Below, one piece after another: positions 8,124 to 17,729 of a stretch of 64,000 nucleotides of DNA. The position numbers and the translations under genes were made by a program. The first letter of the stretch is position 1; every line of letters begins with the position of its first letter. Source of the stretch: a virus. The notes under the pieces are model-generated. The model was not told where the DNA came from. It searched no databases and worked only from the letters and a program-made list of their open reading frames with translations. The DNA lies in the IMG/VR virus record IMGVR_UViG_3300008267_000030, positions 1 through 64,000 of that record; one strand, written 5' to 3'.

Positions 8124-9025
8124 GTAATATCACAAAGTACCCCGTAAAAGACTTCTTCAATAAAGATGGAGTCAAACAGAAATTTGCCGAACTACTTGGC
8201 AAGCGTTCCACCGGATTCATGACTGCCGTGCTGCAGGTTGTTGCTATGAGCGACAAACTCGCCCAGGCGGAGCCGGAATCTGTCTTCAATGCCGCTGCTA
8301 CTGCGGCCACACTTGACCTGTCTGTCAATCCAAATCTTGGGCAGGCATACATCATCCCCTACAATGTAAAGCGCAAGAATCCGGTTACCGGACGAGACGA
8401 GTGGGCAACTATGGCGCAACTGCAGATTGGGTACAAGGCATTCATTCAGTTCGCTCAGCGCACCGGCTTGTTTCAGACCATATCCGCTGCTCCGGTTTAT
8501 GAGGGGCAGTTATCTGAGAACAACCCGCTCACCGGACCGGTGTTTGACTGGACGAAAAAAGAGTCCGATAAGATTGTTGGTTTTGTGGCATACTTCAAAC
8601 TGCTGAATGGCTTTGAGAAGTATCTCTACATGACTGCAGAGGAAATGCAGGCGCACGGCAGCAAGTATTCCAAGACTTTCTCTTATGGCGATTCGCTTTG
8701 GAAAAAGGACTTTATCGGCATGGGCAACAAGACAGTCATCAAACTCCTGCTGAGTAAGTACGCTCCACTGAGCGTAGAAATGCAGGTGCATCAGGCAATC
8801 AAGTTTGACCAGGCTGTTGTTACAGACCTTGAACACGAAGAGGTTTTGTATCCGGATAACCCTACCACCGATGCCGTCGTTGTTGACCAGGAGAGCGAAC
8901 GCTTCCTCGCTCTTATAAAGGCCGCTAAATCGCCGATTGAACTCGCAGCATACGAGAGTACGCTTGCCGACTATCCGGAGCATCAGGAAGCGTTTAACGC
9001 ACTAAAATCATCTTTTAATTCTTAA
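8120..9025 (+). CDS. recT: RecT-family single-strand annealing protein
   Basis: LDLSVNPNLGQAYIIPY...AQLQIGYKAFIQFAQRTG...MGNKTVIKLLLSKYAPLS. Confidence 0.93.
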   Translation: MSNITKYPVKDFFNKDGVKQKFAELLGKRSTGFMTAVLQVVAMSDKLAQAEPESVFNAAATAATLDLSVNPNLGQAYIIPYNVKRKNPVTGRDEWATMAQLQIGYKAFIQFAQRTGLFQTISAAPVYEGQLSENNPLTGPVFDWTKKESDKIVGFVAYFKLLNGFEKYLYMTAEEMQAHGSKYSKTFSYGDSLWKKDFIGMGNKTVIKLLLSKYAPLSVEMQVHQAIKFDQAVVTDLEHEEVLYPDNPTTDAVVVDQESERFLALIKAAKSPIELAAYESTLADYPEHQEAFNALKSSFNS

Positions 9026-9037
9026 TCTATAATCTCT

Positions 9038-10036
9038 ATGAACAAACCCGTTTTATTCCGCTGCTCAGGACTGAGCAAACTTATGACTCAACCTCAGACC
9101 AAGTCTCCGAGGGAGAAGTATGACGAGGCCGTTGCCTCACTTAATGAGACCTCTGCAAAGTATGAGGGGACTGCCAACAAGGCCACGGCAACTGCCGCCA
9201 AGATGCTTGAGAAGATTGCCAAACTCGAAGTCCAGATAAAGGAACTCGAAGGCCGCAAGGACGAGATTCATCTGTCTGTAACCGCTAAGACCTACATCAA
9301 CCAGATGATAAGGCAGTTGAAGTGGGAGCGCAGGGAGTCGGTCAGCAACAAGTACACTCAGAAAGGCAACGAGGCCGAGGGCGATAGCACCACCTTGTTT
9401 ACTCTGCAGTTGGGCATGGGCATGATCTACAAGAATCAGAACCGCCTCAACAACGATTGGATTACCGGAGAGCCAGACCTTGCCACCAAGTCCGGCGATA
9501 TTCTGCCGTATGACATCAAGTCTTCATGGGATTGGTCAACCTTCCCGTATCCGGATATGGAACTTGACAACTCATACTATTGGCAGAACATGGGCTATAT
9601 GGCATTGACCGGAGCCAAGTCCTGGACTACTGCCTACTGCCTTGTGAACACTCCTGCTGAGTTGATAGAGCGTGAGCGAAATAGCATCTGGTATCGCATG
9701 GGATGCCCCGACAAAGCGTCGGAAGAGTGGCTGGAGCAGGCCATCATCCATGAGCGCAATAGCATCTACGATATGGAAGCGTTTCAGCGCAGGCTTGCCA
9801 TTACCAACTATCCGTATGAGTGGTCGTGTAACCCCCAGGAATGGGCGCACGATGTACCGGCTGCTGAGCGCATCATGCTCTTCAAGACAGACCGGGACGA
9901 GGAAGCGATTGCCGACATCTACGCTCAAGTCGAAAAGGCAAGGCAGTACATTGCCCTCAAAGACAAGGGCGGCAACGCAGGTAAGGAAGATGTGTTTGCA
10001 ACGCTTGGTCAAATCTTGAACCCACTAATGCCTTGA
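9038..10036 (+). CDS. Lambda-exonuclease/YqaJ-like PD-(D/E)xK exonuclease
   Basis: FRCS-L...KGNEAE...ITGEPD...DIKSSW...YYWQNMGYM; adjacent to recT. Confidence 0.88.
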   Translation: MNKPVLFRCSGLSKLMTQPQTKSPREKYDEAVASLNETSAKYEGTANKATATAAKMLEKIAKLEVQIKELEGRKDEIHLSVTAKTYINQMIRQLKWERRESVSNKYTQKGNEAEGDSTTLFTLQLGMGMIYKNQNRLNNDWITGEPDLATKSGDILPYDIKSSWDWSTFPYPDMELDNSYYWQNMGYMALTGAKSWTTAYCLVNTPAELIERERNSIWYRMGCPDKASEEWLEQAIIHERNSIYDMEAFQRRLAITNYPYEWSCNPQEWAHDVPAAERIMLFKTDRDEEAIADIYAQVEKARQYIALKDKGGNAGKEDVFATLGQILNPLMP

Positions 10037-10311
10037 TACGCATTTTCTCAGACGAGACGATTGAGTCCATCCACCGCAAGGGGATGGACCAATTGCGCTC
10101 GGAACTATCCATCCACACCCAGCAAACCATCTGTCAGCAGATGGGTTGGAAGAAGAATCGTTATCGTTTATTTTTCGCAGGCAAAATTGATAACCAAGTC
10201 AGAGCCATAGAAATAACCAAGTTGAGACTTTTGATTAGGTTTAACCAATCTGCCCTGCCTGGTGTTAAGGATGTATATTTATACCGAATGTTAGGAAAAC
10301 AATCTAAATAA
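10033..10311 (+). CDS. Hypothetical protein, possibly HTH
   Basis: 92 aa, basic; TQQTICQQMGW resembles an HTH turn. Confidence 0.55.
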   Translation: MIRIFSDETIESIHRKGMDQLRSELSIHTQQTICQQMGWKKNRYRLFFAGKIDNQVRAIEITKLRLLIRFNQSALPGVKDVYLYRMLGKQSK

Positions 10312-10313
10312 TT

Positions 10314-10613
10314 ATGGCAAGAACAATAACAGACAGAGACCTTGAGTTTGCGTTTGAGTTTGAAGGCGAAAATTACGGGGCAAAAGTTGATGTCGTGTAC
10401 AAGTACATGGGTAAGTCCGGAATAGGCTCCTATGAATATTGGGGCGAAAAAGGATATGATGTGGGAGAGGATTTGTATGAGGGCAACCATGTAGCGATTA
10501 CTGAGGTAGAAGACCAGTACGGGAATCTAATTCCGGTTTCTAAGTTGTCTCAGTCAATGATTGAGTACATTTGCGAATTGGCATACGAGTACAGCGAATG
10601 CCCTGTTGATTGA
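10314..10613 (+). CDS. Acidic hypothetical protein (GIGSYEYWG motif)
   Basis: 99-aa ORF. Confidence 0.7.
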   Translation: MARTITDRDLEFAFEFEGENYGAKVDVVYKYMGKSGIGSYEYWGEKGYDVGEDLYEGNHVAITEVEDQYGNLIPVSKLSQSMIEYICELAYEYSECPVD

Positions 10614-10990
10614 TGCTAAAGCCAAAAGACATGATTCAGTTTCGCAGCCTTCTTGCCCCAGGCAAGGAGTACGAACTGCTGATGTTTATTGCCCGTGCCT
10701 GGAGGCCATCCGGATCGGGCGAGGTTGTGGTCAGGAGCGTTGGTCAGGCAATGAGTATTGTGCTTGAACTTTCAGACCTTGACCAGAACGCATGGCTTTT
10801 AAGGTCGCTGCAGGATACTACGCTGCAGGCTTTTATACACGCTCAGAAACCTTCATATATTCGCTTTGTCATTCCGCTCGAAAAGGCAGGATGGATAAAG
10901 CACAAGGTATATGATAAAGTAATTTCAAAGGATTGGGAATGGCTTACAATATCTGATAGGAATGTTTACCGCCGTCATAAGTCATCCTGA
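10613..10990 (+). CDS. Hypothetical protein, last early gene
   Basis: TGATG coupling; ends before the bidirectional terminator. Confidence 0.65.
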   Translation: MLKPKDMIQFRSLLAPGKEYELLMFIARAWRPSGSGEVVVRSVGQAMSIVLELSDLDQNAWLLRSLQDTTLQAFIHAQKPSYIRFVIPLEKAGWIKHKVYDKVISKDWEWLTISDRNVYRRHKSS

Positions 10991-11030
10991 TGCAAACACC
11001 TTGTTTTAGTGTTTAATTGGTTAGTTAGCA

Positions 11031-11064
11031 AAAATAAAGAACCCGGGTTTTGCCCGGGTTTTTT
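11031..11064. terminator. Bidirectional intrinsic terminator between convergent early and late regions
   Basis: AACCCGGG...CCCGGGTT stem (11040-11060) flanked by A-rich and T-rich tracts. Confidence 0.85.
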
Positions 11065-11065
11065 G

Positions 11066-11434
11066 CTATTTGAAGAATCCTTTTATGTTTTCCCATATTC
11101 GGTCAAGATGCCCCAACTTTCTTAGTTGCTCGACATCTACAACCAGGTCTTCTCCATCTGTCTTCTCTTTTTCTTTCTCCTTTTCGGCCATTGCCTCCTT
11201 TTTACGGACATAATTTATGCGTCTATAAAGAAGGTACATGGAACCGATTTGCCAGACCATTGTCCAGAAGAAATCAATCCAGTTGTATATCTCCCATCCG
11301 TTGAAATACTTGTAGGTTCCATCTTGAACCCAATTCCAAAAATTATAGGCAGAAACTACCCAGACGAATATGTCTTGAAAATTCTCGATCACTCTTTGTT
11401 TAATAATCAATATGTTTTCCGCCTGGGTTTGCAT
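11066..11434 (-). CDS. Membrane protein, possible holin
   Basis: Trp-rich hydrophobic segments and a charged C-terminus at the end of the late operon. Confidence 0.5.
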   Translation of the reverse strand: MQTQAENILIIKQRVIENFQDIFVWVVSAYNFWNWVQDGTYKYFNGWEIYNWIDFFWTMVWQIGSMYLLYRRINYVRKKEAMAEKEKEKEKTDGEDLVVDVEQLRKLGHLDRIWENIKGFFK

Positions 11435-11440
11435 ACCAAT

Positions 11441-11878
11441 TTAATCTTGGGTGTAAACCGGAGAAAGAACATCTGAAACATCTTCCCACTGCCAGTAAGG
11501 TTGAGCCAAAGCCGGAAGTGTAGCAAGCAGACTCTTGTAGGGAAGCGTAGTGTCAAACGAAATTTCTACAGATGTTTTCTGCAGGTCTTTCACTTCCTTA
11601 ATCATAGCCAGCGTTCCGTCTGCATCAAATTCGTACTGACCTTTTTCGTTCCGGATAATTTTGTTAGAAGCCGAGTCTTTTAGACAATGCTTAATCCGAA
11701 TAGTTTCAATTGCCTCTTCGTATTCTTCAAGGGCTTTGTTGATTTTCTTAGACACCCTGGCAAGTAATACCCTTGGTGCTACATTTTCATTGTCCTCGTT
11801 GTACGGGGCGCTTGTGATTTGCTGAACCTTTGCCTGGAACTCAAGCAATTCACGATAGGTTTTTTCCACTTTTTGCAT
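11441..11878 (-). CDS. Putative tail-fibre-associated/chaperone protein
   Basis: Coiled-coil KINKALEEYEEA...KHC.KD...NEKGQYEF pattern downstream of the fibre gene. Confidence 0.5.
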   Translation of the reverse strand: MQKVEKTYRELLEFQAKVQQITSAPYNEDNENVAPRVLLARVSKKINKALEEYEEAIETIRIKHCLKDSASNKIIRNEKGQYEFDADGTLAMIKEVKDLQKTSVEISFDTTLPYKSLLATLPALAQPYWQWEDVSDVLSPVYTQD

Positions 11879-11888
11879 ATATTAAAAT

Positions 11889-12296
11889 TTAGATTGTATG
11901 CTTAGAATTAGAGATCAGGCTTTCCCATGTGGCTTTCTTCCAGTTCTGCATACCAACAAGTCTTGCGATACCTTGTGGCGGAGAAAGTTTTGTGCCATCA
12001 AAATGAGTTCTGCCAAGCATTTCAAACAGTTTATCCGTGTGATATTCCGGACTGCCGAAATATTGAAGCGTTACACGGGAATGTGGGCCGATGTCTCGCT
12101 TGTAATCATGAAGCGTAGGGCCAAAGAGCCATCCCGCAAAAGGATGATACCGAAACACAACGGCGTTACTACGCTGAGCCAGGTCTGTAATTTCCCAAAT
12201 TATGACGGCATCCGTGTATTCTCCATGCCAAAATTTATCCCAGGCATTTGCGGACTTTTTCAGTAAGACCGTAAGTTGTCCAGTTGGCTGCTCCAT
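11889..12296 (-). CDS. Hypothetical protein
   Basis: 135-aa ORF tiling the - strand operon. Confidence 0.65.
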   Translation of the reverse strand: MEQPTGQLTVLLKKSANAWDKFWHGEYTDAVIIWEITDLAQRSNAVVFRYHPFAGWLFGPTLHDYKRDIGPHSRVTLQYFGSPEYHTDKLFEMLGRTHFDGTKLSPPQGIARLVGMQNWKKATWESLISNSKHTI

Positions 12297-12317
12297 TGTG
12301 GCTCAAATATATTTTTT

Positions 12318-12677
12318 TTAATTAAATTTTCCTTGAGTATCTGCCCAAAGAATCAATTCTTCAACCACATCGTCAATAATAATTGGCGTACCAAGCATAC
12401 TCATGTAGTATTCGTACTGGGTCATTGCACGGTCCGGCGAATCACACGGGACAACCACGCCCTTGCTATCGACGCAGGTGTTATTGTCGGCAATCAACGG
12501 AACAGATTTTACCGGGATGAGGGTTATTTCTGTGCCGTCCTGGTAGTAGTGAATATCGCAGGTCAGTACGATCTGGTAGCCGTATGTTGCGTTAGCGCCG
12601 ATTGAAATGCCGCCCATCCAAACCATTCTTTCAACGGTTGGATATAAGGGGTCGTTTGAAATTGGTACTGGATTCAT
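12318..12677 (-). CDS. Small fibre-associated protein
   Basis: 119 aa, immediately after the fibre gene. Confidence 0.6.
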   Translation of the reverse strand: MNPVPISNDPLYPTVERMVWMGGISIGANATYGYQIVLTCDIHYYQDGTEITLIPVKSVPLIADNNTCVDSKGVVVPCDSPDRAMTQYEYYMSMLGTPIIIDDVVEELILWADTQGKFN

Positions 12678-12689
12678 GTCTTATTATTT

Positions 12690-15600
12690 TTAACTTATTT
12701 GTAACCAAGCCGCTCCTGTGTTGTAGAACAATTTAGCAAGTGTAGTATCAAAAACTACAAGCCCGGCAGTGTTTGCAATGGCCGTTCTCTGGGCTGTAGT
12801 CATATTCGGGAACCTAACTCCCTTTGTAGTTGATACCACCTCAAGAGCCGCCGTTGCCGTTAATGTACTGGCCAGTGTCGCAGCAGAGTCAATCAAAATA
12901 CCGCCATTAAACCCAGCCTTATCAGATTCTGCAAACACACTCCAAGGAGGATTAGCATAGGTCTGACCAGTTGTAACCGTAGCCCCTGTCCTTGGATTTG
13001 TTATTGACGCTGTTGTTGTTTGATTGTCAATATAAATCGCCGCTTTGGATAGCATTGACCCGCCACCAACGCTTCTTCTTATTCTTAGCATTGTTGCTAC
13101 CCCAGTAGCGAGGGAGTTGCCAGGGTAGAAGTTCCACAAAACCATTTGGTCATAATTCGTGAATCCGGTATTGTTACCCCCTGAGTTTAGATTATACTCA
13201 TTAAAATGACCTATTAAACTGTTATACGTTTGGCCAACGTTGCTACCTTGAGAATTTACCAATTGTGCAGTTCCTATTCTTGCAGCAGTCATTGTGCTTC
13301 CAGCACCACTATTTGGAACCAAGCACTCAACTAATTCTCCAATATAGGGGTTTGTTGTAGTAATTCCGGCAATAGAAAAAGCCTGAGTAGCCAAACTTGA
13401 CGTGTTGGCAGAATATCTTATGTACCCCGTTACTACAAGGTCTGTTGCCGCAGATGAAATAGTAAGCCCCGCACTTGGGGAAATATCTACAAAATACTTA
13501 TAATGATTATTGGCTGAAGATCGAGCAACATTATCTGTTATAGAATGGTTGCCAAAATAAATCCCTCCAGGCAGCCCGACCGAAAATGTTGTGTGATAAA
13601 TATTTCCTGTATTCGATGTTAAAAAAGAATTATTACTTGCAGTGTTTCTTGCAACTACAAAATTCCAGTTATTCCCAAGCGTACCTGACCCGATCATTGA
13701 TGTGTTCCAGTCAGCCCAAACACCAATCCTATTTGCAGGAGTCGATGACGTGCCACTTAACGTAATCCCCACACCAAGTTGTACTTGCGTCCCAGTGTCT
13801 GTGTTTGTTATTTGAGCCTGGGTAGTATTGGTAGTTGTGTTTGCCCAAGAAACAGTTTGTCGAGTCGTAAAAGTTTGCGCCAAATTTAGCACCGCAAAAG
13901 ATGTGTTTGCTGTAAGCGTCGGGATGGTTAATATATAACTCCCGGCAGTAGCCCCTCCCGCAATTGTTGTTGTCTGAGTATTTCCAGCATTTCTAAGCAG
14001 AAGCGTACTACTATTAAATGTTTGTGCTGCCGTCCAAGTTTGAGCCAGAGAGAGCATTGCAAGCGTTCCGGTAGCGTCTGGTAGCGTTGCTGTTCTTGCT
14101 GCCGAGGCTGCAGTAGCCATAGTCGTACTTGCTGTAGCGCCAGCATTTCTTATGGCCAAGGAGCCTACCGCAAATGTTTTAACACCTATGTTTAATTGAT
14201 TAGACGCAAGCACCATATCTCCCGATCCGGCAACGGTTTGCCAAGTACCATCAGCACGAAGGAACTTGCCAACATCTGTAACAAGAACTGGGGCTGGGAC
14301 AAGGCCCTTTGCTGTGGCAACTGCCGAGGTCCCTTCAAAAACATCCAAAATTGCTGTAACATCTGTTGGCGTAGACCAAGACGGCTGCTGCGTTACCCCT
14401 GTTGCGTTAGCCAAAATAACTGGCCCCGTAACAGCGGCAAAGTTGTTTGTAACATCAGCATCTATATTGACAGGAGTCCAAACTGTACCGCCTCCCGAAA
14501 CAGTTACTTGTCCATAGGTTCCGTCAACTACGCTTCCCGCAGCCGCCCAGGCCAGTTGTCCACTTCCATTAGTTGACAACACCTCCCCAGATGAACCATC
14601 GGTAAGCGGCAAAATATAAGTTTCGCTTGAAGTTGCCCCTGCGCTGGCTTGGATGGCAGTAGTAAAATTACCGCCACTGCTGTAAAGCAATAATTTTCCG
14701 GTCTTTGAACTTGCCTGTCCAAGGGCTAACTGTGAGACAGTTGATGTTGCGGTAAATCTACCCCATTCGCTAACGGTGGTCCCTCCAGCAACAGCGCCCC
14801 TAAATGTTAGGTATGTACCCGTTGCTGTATTTGTCCACGCTTCAGAAGCGTAGATATAGAATCCGCCAACCGTGTCGCTCCAGGCAGAGGTTTTATAGCC
14901 CCTTGCGCTAAGAGATGTAATTCTATCGTTTGCTAAAAGGGCTGAAGGAGTGTTTTTATTTCCTCTGCCTCTTGCCCCAATAAATTTGGCTTGGTTATCT
15001 GCATTGCTATCAAAGTGCATATTCATTATGCCCTTGATGTTTGCGCTGCCAGATGTAACTACATGAAGGCCAGACTCAGGTACGGCAGTGCCGATGCCAA
15101 GAAACTTATTTGTGTTGTCGTAAAAGAAATCTCCGTTCTCCTGCTCCAAAATACCACCAATTCCAGCAAACAAAACGCTACCTTGAGTGGCGCCGGTAAT
15201 AGGGTCTCCTATTGCAATTCCGCCGGTTGCTCCCGCCCATTCTAAAGCAGTGCCGCCAGCATTTACTCGTAAATATTTATTAGCATTACCTGCCGCAGTT
15301 AGAGAGGTCAGCGTTCCTAAACTGTCGCTACTGTACCATATTGTCCCAGGGTCAGGAGCGCCTATGTCAATTTTTGTGCCGCTGCTTAAAGTTTTATCTT
15401 TAAGCGACTGAGCAAAATCTTCTCCAACAAATGTGTCATTTGCGGTTATAGCAGGGATCGCCCATGTTAGTGCGCCGCCAGTTACGTTTGGTACTGATAT
15501 ATAAACTCCGTTGTTTGGATTATTTGCATCATCTACAATTCCAAATGTGCCTGTTGTTACAAATGTATTACTACCATTATCGGTAGCCATATTATTTAGC

Positions 15601-17720
15601 CCACCAAAAGCACCGCCATCATTCCATTGTATTTGCAAATCATTACCTCCTGGTAGTGTAGTGCCGCCAACTCCTAATTGCCAGGTATTGTTTGCTGCCA
15701 AAAAGTAATCTTGCTTTGTTTTGCCTGCCGCAGGAGTAAAACTGGACGCAGGAACAACGCCTTTGGTAAGACCAGTAATGGAGTCTTGCAATGGGAGCAT
15801 TGCTACAACATTTTCGGGAGTTAATGCTGCCGGTATGGCTGCACCAACCGCATTGTTGCCCAGGATTGTATTGGTAGCAATTGTTTGGATTTTGCCAAGC
15901 GTAACTTTGTTGGCTCCAATTAAAAACTCCGGAAATGGTGTCCCGGTTGTGTTAATCGAATAGGTTAAATCTCCGCCGACTTCACCCCAAATCAATTTAA
16001 TATCAAGTGGAGCAGTTGTTCCTACATACGGAGTAAGTAGGTAGCCTTTGGTTGCATAGTCAACAGGAAGCGGAAGTCTTTCAAGTACGTTAGCCCCACT
16101 TGATGTAAGCAGGTCTCCGGCATCTACAAGAGATGGCGGATTTGGAACAAGTAATCCTATTTCGCCGCTTGTTGAATTATAGTTGAACGCAAGTGGATCA
16201 AGCGTCATTTGCTGCATTGGCCCTTGTCCTGAAGAAAATCTTCCAAGCAGTATCGGCCTGATCGCATTTGATGGGCTGTCTGGAACATCGGCAAATTTTG
16301 CGTAAGTAACAGCCTTGTTCGCTATCGTAAAAGTAGCAGTGTTTATGCCAGAGGGTTCGCTGTAAACAGCGGTTAAATCTCCAGCCACCTTGGATTGTGC
16401 GGCTACCCCACTACCATTTCCCATGTAAATCAGGGAAGTGTTTAGGCCAGCGCTCAACTTAGAATTTAGCGCAGAGGGTAGGTTATCAATATTTGCCTGC
16501 GGTATGCCCGTAGGAATGTCTGCGGCAACCAACGCTCTAAATCCCGGAGCAGTCGCTGAACCACTTTGGGGGCCTGCCCATACAGTGTTTGGATTTTGAT
16601 TGCCAAGGCCAAGACCAATTTCAACATCTGCAGGAGTGCCGCCATTGATTGCGGTAAATACACCACCTCCAGGGACATCAAATGTAACAGTGTTTACTTG
16701 ACCTCCACTTGAAGATGATACATTTGAAATGTTGGTAACCCGACCATAGGCATCTACGGTAATAACTGGTATGGTGATGTTACTACCAAATGTACCAGTT
16801 GGAGTGCCGGAAGTAGGCAAGTCTGCCGCAATTAAGGCTCTGAAATCGGGCTGGCCCGTTCCACCGCCAATTGGACCGGCAAATACGCTGTTCTGAGCCT
16901 GTGATTTGAATGTTGCGCTCAAAGGAGCGGCCCCAGAAAGGTACGGCCCTGCTGTGTAGTTAAATACGTTTGATGGCATCGAAAACGATACGCTACTTAT
17001 CGTGCCTACACCAGACGATACAGTTAGAAGATTGGCGTTTAATTTTTGAATTGCAGAAACAATCGTGTCCGCAGAAGTAATACTACCAGCAGGACCAAGA
17101 GGGTCAAAACTGGTTAATTGCTGGGTGATGACGGCGTTGTTGCTCAAGCCAGGATTCGGGTAGAACCCAGTAAGGCCACCGCCTGCAGCAGTTGAAGAAA
17201 GACTTGCGGAAGTGAGATAGGTGGTATTGTCATAGGTAATGCTTGTGCCATTTGCCCGTACAAGACCAACCCCATTTAATTGCTGTTGTTTTTGATCAAA
17301 AAGAGCAGCAAACTCAATGTTTTGCGTGTAACTGCCCTGTAAATTACCCCAGGTTATGTCCGATAAGCCCGCCTTGGCAAACAGAGTTGTTTTTTCTTGA
17401 GTTGTCAGGTGCAAATAATTCCCCTGGTCAAGTCCGTCAAGGTCGTTATGTATGCCAGCATACTTCTGCAGGTTTTCATAGGTTACTGTCAGCGGAAAGT
17501 ATGGCGGCAATGCCTTTTCAAGCAAATCACCAATATTTATAAGCGCCGTAAGCGCCGTAAGCCTGGTTGTGCTTGACAAGTTTAAATCATTAGCCGTGCT
17601 TTTAAGGGCCGACATAAGATTTGCCTTGTCAACATTTTCCTGTTGAACCGCCTCAGTAATTGCCAGAGACGCTTTGGCATTGTATATTGATAATTGGTCA
17701 AGAAATGTAAGTGTAGGCAT
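12690..17720 (-). CDS. Tail fibre / receptor-binding protein
   Basis: 1676 aa, G/T/S/A-rich; IPVITVDAYGRVT; FRAL.AAD.P repeats; C-terminal STTKG.RFP.MTTAQR.AI...GL.VFDTT domain. Confidence 0.85.
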   Translation of the reverse strand: MPTLTFLDQLSIYNAKASLAITEAVQQENVDKANLMSALKSTANDLNLSSTTRLTALTALINIGDLLEKALPPYFPLTVTYENLQKYAGIHNDLDGLDQGNYLHLTTQEKTTLFAKAGLSDITWGNLQGSYTQNIEFAALFDQKQQQLNGVGLVRANGTSITYDNTTYLTSASLSSTAAGGGLTGFYPNPGLSNNAVITQQLTSFDPLGPAGSITSADTIVSAIQKLNANLLTVSSGVGTISSVSFSMPSNVFNYTAGPYLSGAAPLSATFKSQAQNSVFAGPIGGGTGQPDFRALIAADLPTSGTPTGTFGSNITIPVITVDAYGRVTNISNVSSSSGGQVNTVTFDVPGGGVFTAINGGTPADVEIGLGLGNQNPNTVWAGPQSGSATAPGFRALVAADIPTGIPQANIDNLPSALNSKLSAGLNTSLIYMGNGSGVAAQSKVAGDLTAVYSEPSGINTATFTIANKAVTYAKFADVPDSPSNAIRPILLGRFSSGQGPMQQMTLDPLAFNYNSTSGEIGLLVPNPPSLVDAGDLLTSSGANVLERLPLPVDYATKGYLLTPYVGTTAPLDIKLIWGEVGGDLTYSINTTGTPFPEFLIGANKVTLGKIQTIATNTILGNNAVGAAIPAALTPENVVAMLPLQDSITGLTKGVVPASSFTPAAGKTKQDYFLAANNTWQLGVGGTTLPGGNDLQIQWNDGGAFGGLNNMATDNGSNTFVTTGTFGIVDDANNPNNGVYISVPNVTGGALTWAIPAITANDTFVGEDFAQSLKDKTLSSGTKIDIGAPDPGTIWYSSDSLGTLTSLTAAGNANKYLRVNAGGTALEWAGATGGIAIGDPITGATQGSVLFAGIGGILEQENGDFFYDNTNKFLGIGTAVPESGLHVVTSGSANIKGIMNMHFDSNADNQAKFIGARGRGNKNTPSALLANDRITSLSARGYKTSAWSDTVGGFYIYASEAWTNTATGTYLTFRGAVAGGTTVSEWGRFTATSTVSQLALGQASSKTGKLLLYSSGGNFTTAIQASAGATSSETYILPLTDGSSGEVLSTNGSGQLAWAAAGSVVDGTYGQVTVSGGGTVWTPVNIDADVTNNFAAVTGPVILANATGVTQQPSWSTPTDVTAILDVFEGTSAVATAKGLVPAPVLVTDVGKFLRADGTWQTVAGSGDMVLASNQLNIGVKTFAVGSLAIRNAGATASTTMATAASAARTATLPDATGTLAMLSLAQTWTAAQTFNSSTLLLRNAGNTQTTTIAGGATAGSYILTIPTLTANTSFAVLNLAQTFTTRQTVSWANTTTNTTQAQITNTDTGTQVQLGVGITLSGTSSTPANRIGVWADWNTSMIGSGTLGNNWNFVVARNTASNNSFLTSNTGNIYHTTFSVGLPGGIYFGNHSITDNVARSSANNHYKYFVDISPSAGLTISSAATDLVVTGYIRYSANTSSLATQAFSIAGITTTNPYIGELVECLVPNSGAGSTMTAARIGTAQLVNSQGSNVGQTYNSLIGHFNEYNLNSGGNNTGFTNYDQMVLWNFYPGNSLATGVATMLRIRRSVGGGSMLSKAAIYIDNQTTTASITNPRTGATVTTGQTYANPPWSVFAESDKAGFNGGILIDSAATLASTLTATAALEVVSTTKGVRFPNMTTAQRTAIANTAGLVVFDTTLAKLFYNTGAAWLQIS

Positions 17721-17729
17721 ATCCTTTAT

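Noticed and set aside
10944-10985. 13-codon - strand ORF (MTYDGGKHSYQIL) downstream of the inverted leader motif
   Set aside because: Very short, beyond the terminator, over 20 nt from the motif, and antisense to a real gene.
17541-17562. 9-bp tandem duplication (LTALTAL)
   Set aside because: Trivial in-frame duplication with no sign of phase variation.
12690-17720. Diversity-generating retroelement targeting the tail fibre
   Set aside because: No reverse transcriptase and no template/variable repeat pair seen.
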